A DNA stretch of 64,000 nucleotides from contig MCFE01000037.1 in assembly GCA_002104905.1 (NCBI GenBank), positions 124,001 to 188,000 of the forward strand, read 5' to 3'. Below the pieces are notes generated by a model. The model had not been told where the DNA came from. It worked only from the letters and a program-made list of their open reading frames with translations, and did no database searches. This document shows, piece by piece, positions 51,327 through 60,458 of the stretch (the stretch's first letter is position 1; each line of letters starts with the position of its first letter). This DNA comes from Basidiobolus meristosporus CBS 931.73 (Eukaryota; Fungi; Basidiobolomycota). A program made the position numbers and the translations under genes.

Positions 51327-51340
51327 TCGGCCTTTGCCGA
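51327..51340. promoter_or_regulatory. TCGG-N6-CCGA inverted repeat (UaY/Ppr1-type Zn2Cys6 site consensus) in the A7/B7 divergent spacer
   Basis: The sequence TCGG cctttg CCGA is present. Function is not shown, and only the TCGGCC half is kept in sister promoters. Confidence 0.4.
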
Positions 51341-51677
51341 CTGCTGTCCTACCAAGATCAAGGAGTAAGTGGTGCTTCCCTCAAACGTAGATAATCTCAG
51401 GGTTGAGATCTACTTCTCGTCCTTAGTTACAGCCGTAGATGAATTTGTGTGACACAAATTGCTGTACTGCGAAGTCATACTGGTCAAATCTTATCTATCT
51501 TGCACCAGAACCAAGCATCAGTCAGTCCCACCGTAGGCCTAGAATCCGGATATAATTTTGGCAGCCGGATTCAGTAGCAGAATTATTAGTGGCGAAAGAA
51601 ATTTCCATGATTTTAGGAGTATATATACCGGCATTATTCAGCAGTATAGACCACACAATCATTTCAAAAGAATAGAA

Positions 51678-52569
51678 ATGTCTGGAGCTGTTGAGTTGAA
51701 GCGTCAAGCCTATGGTAAAGCCAAGGTCAGAGTCACCAAGGCCATTCGCCACACCGCCCAGTACAACGACATCGTTGAGCTCACTTGCCAAGTCCTTCTC
51801 GAGGGTGACTTCGAAGAGGCTTACACCAAGGCTGACAACAGCATGGTTGTCCCCACTGACACTGTCAAGAACACCTGCTACGTCATTGCCAAGAAGTCCG
51901 ACCATGTTCAGACCATCGAGCGTTATGCTTACGAGCTCGGCAAGCACTTCGTTGACAAGTACACCCATGTCACCCATGCTCATGTGCACATTGTCAAGTA
52001 CCGCTGGGCCAGAATCAATGTCAACGGCGAGCCCCACCCTCACTCCTTCTACCGTGACGGCAGCGAGACCAGAGAGACCTGGGTCACAGTCAGTGCGAAC
52101 GATGTCAGCATCAAGTCTGGCTTGGAAGGCCTTCTTGTGTTGAAGACCACCGGTTCGTCCTTCACCAACTTCCATCACTGCGAGAACACCACTCTCCAAG
52201 ACGCTGATGACCGTATCTTCTCCACCACTGTCAAGGCCCACTACAACATCGACACCTCGATTGGAGTCGAGAACATTCCATTCGACCGCATCTTCGACGG
52301 AGTCCGCAAGACCACCCTTGGATGTGTTCGCTCACGATGACTCTGCCTCAGTCCAGGCCACCATGTACCGCATGGCTGAGTTGATCTTGAAGCGCTTCCC
52401 AGAAGTCCGTGATGTGTACTACGCCCTCCCCAACAGCCATCACTTCACCACCAACCTTGCCCCCTTCAGCCTCCCTAACGCTGGCCAAGAGATGACCATT
52501 TTCTCCCCAGTCACCGACTTCTCTGGATACATTACTGCTACCATTGGCCGTTGTAACACCAAATTCTAA
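51678..52569 (+). CDS. UOX: Urate oxidase, type B, copy B7; +1 frameshift at about 52320
   Basis: Length 892 nt; reads acccttGgatgtg; ends -CNTKF. Confidence 0.8.
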
Positions 52570-53089
52570 TCCATACTACCATTTCTCACACAGCACATTA
52601 AATAAATTCATCACTTATGACATCCGTTCATGTATTCTAGGCTTCCTAAATATGTGGTACACCATCCGAACTTAAGGTTCGAGTAGTACTTCGGAAGTCG
52701 CCACTGCAGATCTGTTACCCAAGCATACTCATTTACCCTATATCTGTATTATTCCAACGCAAATGAATGATGTATCACCGCTTTCAATGATAATATGAAA
52801 TCGTACATAGCAACTGCGTTATTCTTAGTTAAACCCTAATGTATATATTGAAATACACGTTGTTTACAGAGTACAGAAATGTGATCATCAACTTTATGTT
52901 AGTGGGTTTTAAAGTGCGCTTTGAGTGTTCAATGTTAATTGTCTGCATCGCATCAAAATTGATCATGAGATCAACAGTCCAAGGATGTTCAATGCGTTCG
53001 AAATTGAGTTGATATATTATTTTAATAATGTCAGATATTACATGATGTCCAATGATACGGATAGGGTAAACGCCCAAAATACCAAAACC

Positions 53090-53977
53090 TTAACGACGGG
53101 CAATGGTGGCAGTGATATAGCCAGATGGATCACTGATGGGTTGGAAGATGTTCATGTCCTTGCCTTCGTTGGGAAGGTTGAAGGGCTTCAAGTTGACGCT
53201 GAGGTAGTGCTTGTTGGGAAGAGCATAGCTGATCTCGCTGACATCCACGTTCTGTCCCAACACCTTCTCACCCATTTGGTACATGGTGGCTTGCACCGAG
53301 GCTGAGTCATCGGTGGCGAAGGTGCTGAGGGTGATCTCACGAACGCTGCTGGCGATCTCGTCGAATGGAATCTCCTCGATCTTGGACTTCTCAAGGTTGT
53401 AGGTCCACTTGGCATCCACACTGGTGGAGAAGATGCGGTCAGTGGCATCCTGGAGAGTGGTGTTCTCACAACGGTGGAAGTTGGTGAATGAGGAGCCGGT
53501 GGACTTCAACACAAGGAGGTCCTTGAGGCGGGACTCGATGGACACCTTTCCATCACGAGAGACAACCAGCTCAACACGTCTGGTCTCATCACCGTCACGG
53601 AGGAAGGAGTGCGGGTGGAGCTGGCCATCGATCTCAACGCGGGTCCAGCGGTGCTGGATGAGCTTGATGTAGACATCATCGACATGAGAGTATCTGTTGA
53701 TGAAGTGTTGACCAATCTCGTAACCGAAACGCTCGATGGTCTGGACATTCTCGGACTTCTTGGCGAGGACATAGAGGGTGTTCTTGACAGTGTCGGTGGG
53801 GACAACGACAGAGTTGTCAGCCTCGGTGTAGGAGGTCTCGAACTTGCCATCGAGGAGGACTTGAGCGGTGAGCTCGACAACATCGTGCCAGTTCTTAGTG
53901 TGGCGGATGACCTTGGTGATGCGAACCTTGGTCTTGCCATAGGCTTGTTTCTTCAAGTAAGCAACGGAATTAGGCAT
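53090..53977 (-). CDS. UOX: Urate oxidase, type A, copy A8
   Basis: Intact 295-aa ORF, start MPNSVAY. Confidence 0.95.
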   Translation of the reverse strand: MPNSVAYLKKQAYGKTKVRITKVIRHTKNWHDVVELTAQVLLDGKFETSYTEADNSVVVPTDTVKNTLYVLAKKSENVQTIERFGYEIGQHFINRYSHVDDVYIKLIQHRWTRVEIDGQLHPHSFLRDGDETRRVELVVSRDGKVSIESRLKDLLVLKSTGSSFTNFHRCENTTLQDATDRIFSTSVDAKWTYNLEKSKIEEIPFDEIASSVREITLSTFATDDSASVQATMYQMGEKVLGQNVDVSEISYALPNKHYLSVNLKPFNLPNEGKDMNIFQPISDPSGYITATIARR

Positions 53978-54483
53978 AACTTTATGATTACAAGAGTTCA
54001 GTCAATGTGGTATGGTAGGCATCCAGTTCCTATTTATAGATATTGACCGCTTCCCTCATAACGGTAATGGTCGTCTTCCGGATTCCTCAATAACAACCTG
54101 AGTCTCGGCCTTTCTTATCTCCAGTAAATTCAGGAACCGGGGCCTGATGATGGTAACACATACACTTTATTCTGTTGCACCATTCAAGTTTGAAAGTCGG
54201 TCTGAGCTTCAGTCTGCGTAACCGATTATTTGAAAATGTATAAAAACTTCATCTCGGAGGTTTTCTGTACCACAATCCAGTTGGACATGCCGATCCTAAA
54301 TAGTCAAATCTCATCTTGATGAATCTCTTGGTATCATCAAATATTCTGTGCAAAGCCTGGATTCTTGAGCAATCATAATTGCGTGTCTATTGCAAAGCTA
54401 ATGTAATAATGCTGGTCTTAATAGTATAAAAGCGCTCTATCAACCAACATTATAGGTCAGAAACCTTGAGTGGAAGTACAAGA

Positions 54484-55374
54484 ATGTCAGGTTCAGTAGA
54501 GTTGAAGCGTCAAGCCTATGGTAAAGCCAAGGTCAGAGTGACCAAGGCCATCCGCCACACCGCCCAGTACAACGACATCGTTGAGCTCACTTGCCAAGTC
54601 CTTCTCGAGGGTGACTTCGAAGAGGCTTACACCAAGGCTGACAACAGCATGGTTGTCCCCACTGACACTGTCAAGAACACCTGCTACGTCATTGCCAAGA
54701 AGTCCGACCATGTTCAGACCATCGAACGTTATGCCTACGAGCTCGGCAAGCACTTCGTTGACAAGTACACCCATGTCACCCATGCTCATGTGCACATTGT
54801 CAAGTACCGCTGGGCCAGAATCAATGTCAACGGCGAGCCCCACCCTCACTCCTTCTACCGTGACGGCAGCGAGACCAGAGAGACCTGGGTCACAGTCAGT
54901 GCGAACGATGTCAGCATCAAGTCTGGCTTGGAAGGCCTTCTTGTGTTGAAGACCACCGGTTCGTCCTTCACCAACTTCCATCACTGCGAGAACACCACTC
55001 TCCAAGACGCTGATGACCGTATCTTCTCCACCACTGTCAAGGCCCACTACAACATCGACACCTCGATTGGAGTCGAGAACATTCCATTCGACCGCATCTT
55101 CGACGGAGTCCGCAAGACCACCCTTGATGTGTTCGCTCACGATGACTCTGCCTCAGTCCAGGCCACCATGTACCGCATGGCTGAGTTGATCTTGAAGCGC
55201 TTCCCAGAAGTCCGTGATGTGTACTACGCACTCCCCAACAGCCATCACTTCACCACCAACCTTGCCCCCTTCAACCTCCCTAACGCTGGCCAAGAGATGA
55301 CCATTTTCTCCCCAGTCACCGACTTCTCTGGATACATTACTGCTACCATTGGCCGTCGTAGGAACAAATTCTAG
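54484..55374 (+). CDS. UOX: Urate oxidase, type B, copy B8
   Basis: Intact; start MSGSVELK at 54484; ends -RRRNKF. Confidence 0.95.
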   Translation: MSGSVELKRQAYGKAKVRVTKAIRHTAQYNDIVELTCQVLLEGDFEEAYTKADNSMVVPTDTVKNTCYVIAKKSDHVQTIERYAYELGKHFVDKYTHVTHAHVHIVKYRWARINVNGEPHPHSFYRDGSETRETWVTVSANDVSIKSGLEGLLVLKTTGSSFTNFHHCENTTLQDADDRIFSTTVKAHYNIDTSIGVENIPFDRIFDGVRKTTLDVFAHDDSASVQATMYRMAELILKRFPEVRDVYYALPNSHHFTTNLAPFNLPNAGQEMTIFSPVTDFSGYITATIGRRRNKF

Positions 55375-55872
55375 TTCCATCATTGCCTCTGTAAATTTAT
55401 TTATTAAATATTCACATACTTGACGTGACAGCCAATCTTTTTGCATTAATGTGATGATTATTTTTTAGTTTTCGGGTATTCATTAAACTGTTGGTAGTCC
55501 TGGGTTTACCCATATAGTGAAGAACCGGTCTACTGAAATGTGAATATAGCTTGCTACGTTACACAAGTTTACATGTATTATAAGCTATAGCACTTCATAT
55601 TGCCGTACACCAATGTTAACTTTTTAACTGCTCGGCACTTCTAGATGCTACCGCATTTGAAATCTATAGAGTGTTTTCCTCAAATCCTTGGAAGTAATGC
55701 TGAAAATTTGGATTTTCGGTTTTCCAGGGATGTAAAATCTGGATTGTCCATTTTCCAATACATTCGTGTCAATCACAATTCAAACAAACCTTGTGGCAAA
55801 GTAGATTTACGACTTCGTTCGAATGCTTGCTAATCGTTAATGTTTATGTTGGATTCTGTCAATTTACCGACA

Positions 55873-56039
55873 GACGATAGTAGCAGCGATGTGGCCGGAA
55901 GGATCACTGATGGGCCGGAAGTGCTCACGTCCCTGAGCTTGCCATCAAGGAGGACTTGAGCAGTGAGCTCGACAACATCATGCCAGTTCTTGGTGTGGCG
56001 GATGACCTTAGTGATGCGAACCTTGGTCTTACCATAGGC
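55873..56039 (-). pseudogene. Type A uricase remnant with about 700-bp internal deletion
   Basis: A degraded 3' end (gacgatagtagcagcgatgtggccggaaggatcactgatgg) is joined directly to the 5' segment (cttgccatcaaggaggacttgagc...accataggc). Confidence 0.85.
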
Positions 56040-56587
56040 ATTTGCAGGAGTTGGACAAGTTTGTATAGCTGATGCGGATCAGAAATTGAAACCCGAGAAG
56101 CACATCAACATTGACAATTGGGCTCTTATATTTTTGCCGACAATACTGACAACTATCAATGTACCCAAGTCTTAGAAATTCAGTGAGCCTGGACTATCTT
56201 CATAGACGAATAACGTTGTGGGTAAGGCAACAATTTTGTTCACAACTCCTAATACTGTAGATCCTATATATCTTAAATACCGTAAAGCTATATGTATGCT
56301 ATCATAAGGTGGCCTACTTAGACATAGGACCTAGGGTAGCTTTCAGAATCTAATTGCTTTCATACTGACAATTGACCAGATCTAATCTAATTGTCGACAT
56401 GTCAGGGTGTAGGAATAATTTTGCAAAATCTGTAATTCTTGGGAATTAAGATTCAAGATATAGCATGAGCGTATATCAGGTTTGCGCTTGCCTATCAGTG
56501 GCGAGTCTCATGCCCTAAGGTTTGGAAATTAATGTCCTACAAGTGGCGGTTCAATTATTATCTCCCTTTCTGAAGCCTTGAAATTGA

Positions 56588-57441
56588 ATGTCTGATTCGG
56601 TTGGTAAAGCCAAGGTCATCCGCCACACTGCCCAATACAACGACGTTGTCGAGCTCACTTGCCAGGTGCTTCTCGAGGGCGACTTCGAAGAGGCTTACAC
56701 CAAGGCTGACAACAGCATGGTTGTCCCCACTGACACTGTCAAGAACACCTGCTACGTCATTGCCAAGAAGTCCGACCATGTTCAGACCATCGAGCGTTAT
56801 GCTTACGAGCTTGGCAAGCACTTCGTTGACAAGTACTCTCATGTCACCCATGCTCATGTGCACATTGTCAAGTACCGCTGGACCAGAATTAACATCAATG
56901 GCGAGCTTCACCCTCACTCCTTCTACCGTGACGGCAGTGAGACCAGAGAGACCTGGGTCACAGTCAGTGCGAACGATGTCAGCATCAAGTCTGGCTTGGA
57001 AGGCCTTCTTGTGTTGAAGACCACCGGCTCGTCCTTCACCAGCTGCCATCACTGTGAGAACACCACTCTCCAAGACGCTGATGGCCGTATCTTCTCCACC
57101 ACTGTCAAGGCCCATTACAACATCGACACCTCGATTGGAGTCGAGAACATTCCCTTCGACCGCATCTTTGAAGGAGTCCGCAAGACCACCCTGGATGTGT
57201 TCGCTCACGATGACTCTGCCTCAGTCCAGGCCACCATGTACCGCATGGCTGAGTTGATCTTGAAGCGTTTCCCAGAAGTCTGTGATGTGTACTACGCACT
57301 CCCCAACAGCCATCACTTCACCACCAACCTTGCCCCTTCAACCTCCCTAACGCTGGCCAAGAGATGGCCATTTTCTCCACTGTAACTGATTTCTCTAGCT
57401 ATATCACTGCTACCATTGTTCGTCGTGGTAACAAGTTTCAA
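56588..57441 (+). pseudogene. Urate oxidase, type B, copy B9, decaying pseudogene
   Basis: N-terminal deletions (MSDSVGKAKVIRH), the substitutions FTSCHH, ADGRIF and EVCDVY, a frameshift at about 57335 and loss of the stop codon. Confidence 0.88.
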
Positions 57442-57542
57442 TTTTCATCAGTGCCTGCCTTCTCTGATTAGATAACCGTCACAATTGGCCGCCACTACCC
57501 CGTATTCGGTCATCATAAAATACGACTGGTTCGCCTCACATT

Positions 57543-57569
57543 TTAGGGTTAGGGTAACCCTAACCCTAA
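57543..57569. repeat. Head-to-head telomere-type repeat palindrome (TTAGGG)2-TAA-(CCCTAA)2
   Basis: The sequence reads ttagggttaggg taa ccctaaccctaa. Confidence 0.8.
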
Positions 57570-57606
57570 GCATAAAATTTGAGGTTGAGCAAAAAACTTC
57601 CATGAC

Positions 57607-57850
57607 TTATAGTTTGTTTCCCCCACGACCAATGATGGGGGTGAAGTAACCCAAGATGTCAGTAATGGGTGAGGAGATGACTATTTAGGAATGGTGTCTA
57701 TTGGGGAGAGCATAGTACACATCATGGACTTCGGGGAAGTACAAGAACAACTCAGCCAGGCGGTACATGGTGGCCTGGACTGAGGCAGAGTCATCATGAG
57801 CGAACACATCCAAGGTGGTCTTGCAGACACCTTCAAAGATACAGTGGAAT
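57607..57850 (-). pseudogene. Type B uricase C-terminal remnant (inverted)
   Basis: The reverse strand reads FEGVCKTTLDVFAHDDSASVQATMYRLAEL...YYALPNRH, with deletions. The terminus reads gga aac aaa cta taa (GNKL*). Confidence 0.85.
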
Positions 57851-57880
57851 AGGATGAGTAATCCCTGATACCAGAGCTGA

Positions 57881-58081
57881 CACGATGTTATTGAGCTCAC
57901 CGCTCAAGTCCTCCTCGATGGCAAGTTCGAGACTTCCTACACCGAGGCTGACACCTCTGTCGTTGTCCCCACTGACACTGTCAAGAACACCCTCTATGTC
58001 CTCGCCCAGAAGGCCGAGAATGTCCAGACCATCGAGCGTTTCGGCTACGAGATTGGTCAACACTTCATCAACAGATACTCT
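57881..58081 (+). pseudogene. Type A uricase N-terminal remnant (inverted)
   Basis: Reads HDVIELTAQVLLDGKFETSYTEADTSVVVPTDTVKNTLYVLAQKAENVQTIERFGYEIGQHFINRYS, truncated at both ends. Confidence 0.88.
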
Positions 58082-58963
58082 GACCGAGCAGAGTCCATTC
58101 GTAGAGATCAGTGATTTACTATGGTTTGTTATTAGCTTCTTTTTTGTATATTGACACTTGAGCTAATAGTTTGATGATTCATTAACATTCATTAATTGTT
58201 GCGCTACCAACGTTTCAAGTATTCTCTTCTGGTATTTGGTGATTTTGGTGGCCAGTATCCCAGCATCTTGTGGTAATCACCGAGCTTTTACCCGCAGAAT
58301 TTATTGGGTAATACCCTGAGATTGTTTCAATTATGTAGGTAGTTCTTGGATGCATTTGGGGTTTCTAGAACCATGAACAGGTGCTTTGACTGACACGGAT
58401 CGGTTCTAGTTAAACACCGATTCGGGTGCCCGATATGGAGAAATCAGGTAAGAGATGTCTTTCATCTGAATATTCATCACAACATGCACTCGTTCGATCA
58501 GATTCTGTTTAATTTCCGCGTGGTAGGCCATGGCTTTTATCTTGGTGTATATCCTTTTTGATTACCTGCTCTTTCTTAAGCACACCACCCAGCTTGCCTC
58601 ATACGGACTGTTGGCGATACTTTGGAAGCAATGGAGGGGAAGTGGCGGGGAGGGCTGATGCAAGTATATTCATTATTGTAAATGTTAAACCAAACCAATG
58701 ATTAGGCTTGGCAAAGAAATAACCGGTTATTACGAGTTCTATCTGGCCCATTCTTGATCTATTATCACGCAGGGTTAGTTAAAGTGTATGGTTTGACCAG
58801 TTGCATCTATATACACATTCCTATATTTGGTTAAAGTGGGCTGATCTAACCAGAGAACTTCGCAGGGTGAGGGAAAATGTGTGCTTTGACATAAATACTC
58901 TCTCACTCCACCTTCGGCTTCTGGCGATATTTATATCTTCATCAAAATTCAACCCTCCCCAAC

Positions 58964-59527
58964 ATGTATCCTCATTCTATGAACACAGCAGATCGCTCAA
59001 ATATGATGGAATTGGTATTTCATTCGCTTGGGGTTTATCCTTCGATGGCCGATACTTTTCCGCCCAGGTATGCCAGTTCGGCCTCCGTTATGCCGCACAG
59101 AATGCTCTTCGAGAATAGTCTATTATTTTCACATTTCTTAGAGCTAGGTGAACAACTACCAACCTCGAATCATCGTATTTCGGGCTATTACGATTCTCTA
59201 GTCCCACAATCCACAAGCCCGCAAGTGTCAACAGTTGGCTCCAACACGGCTTCAGAGAATTCCTCACGTAAAAACAGTCAAGGGAAGGTCAAAACTCTTC
59301 AGAGAGATCGTCCATATGCCTGCACACATTGCCTAAGGACATTCACAAGAAAGTATGATTTAGAACGTCATGAAAGATTACATACTGGTGATCGGCCTTA
59401 CCAGTGTGCATTTTGTCACAATTCGTATGCCAGAGTGGACGCCAGGCAACGCCACTACAAATATGACGGCACATGCTCTTTTCTGTATACTATTACGAAA
59501 AGCAGTGGTATTGAAATGCCGTTTTAA
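58964..59527 (+). CDS. Small C2H2 zinc-finger protein (two fingers)
   Basis: YACTHCLRTFTRKYDLERHERLH-TGDRP-YQCAFCHNSYARVDARQRH, preceded by a Ser-rich region. Confidence 0.85.
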   Translation: MYPHSMNTADRSNMMELVFHSLGVYPSMADTFPPRYASSASVMPHRMLFENSLLFSHFLELGEQLPTSNHRISGYYDSLVPQSTSPQVSTVGSNTASENSSRKNSQGKVKTLQRDRPYACTHCLRTFTRKYDLERHERLHTGDRPYQCAFCHNSYARVDARQRHYKYDGTCSFLYTITKSSGIEMPF

Positions 59528-60458
59528 AGTGCATTTCGTTACCAATTCCAATTGTATATACATAGTTCATTTGCTCTCTATGCTATCATATCTCTCTACC
59601 ATTGAATCGAATTTCGTAGCGGTTTTTGGCAACACAGCTGATACCCGATCTATTTACTGTAATGCCCTTTATGTGTAGTAAGATAGTAAATAGTTCAGTG
59701 GATCTTGTTGGCGATAAACTTGTTTCAATGTCACATTACAAATAATGACGAAAGCGATTTCCGCCATAGTTGTCTCAGTGCTCAACATCACCTATATGAA
59801 AGGAGAGTTTCGGCCAAAGCATACCTGTTAATGACATTGTGTCAGCTCTAGCTCTCCTTGATCTGAATGATCTGTTACAGTAAGCAAATATTCTATAATA
59901 ATATAGACGCAATCAGTATGTGAGATGTGGAGTACAGAGGCAGTTTATAGTAAGTAACATAAATCAGGTCCTTGGCAGGAATATGCAATGCACCATGATT
60001 TGAAATACATTAGTTGTACATATTAGTGTTGGAAATATCGGATATATGATAAATAGAGAGGTCAAGGTATACCAAATTATATAGTTCCCACCAGCTACAC
60101 TCGCAGGGGTGGAGAAACATGAAAATGGCGCAGTGGTCAAAACATTCTTATCATCTGGACCTTAGGGTAAGGCACCCTATTTCCTTATATAATACGCGTG
60201 ATTTCCATCATATGATTTTATGATGATAGCTCAACTGATCGGCTAAAAGTGTGGCAAGGCAAAGGCTGGCTGGTTGATTTTCTTTGGAGCATGCCGATAA
60301 AAAAAGATGAAATGTTTAACTGGGTGGAAGTCGATATTATCCTCTTAGGATATATTATTGCTCTAAGCCGCCACAAAGTCTGACTTCTCTTGCTTGATGT
60401 ATACAGGGCTTGTTCGTGAACAAAAGGGGCTGCATGGTCTTCTGTATTTCTGGAAGAA

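Noticed and set aside
22545-57208. Many long antisense and alternate-frame ORFs over the uricase genes (e.g. 29813-30451, 44763-45449, 51522-52241, 56558-57208)
   Set aside because: They are shadows of strongly C-ending codon usage, which removes stops from the opposite strand. They recur only because the sense genes are repeated, their lengths vary between copies, and they have no recognisable motifs.
22491-58081. Idea that the uricases are bacterial horizontal acquisitions or that the repeats form a CRISPR-like or operon structure
   Set aside because: The protein motifs are of the eukaryotic/fungal uricase type, each gene has its own TATA-like element, and the repeats are whole genes without a repeat-spacer pattern.
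60120-60180. TGGCGCAGTGGT resembling a tRNA A-box/D-arm
   Set aside because: There is no T-arm GTTCRA motif or acceptor-stem pairing downstream.
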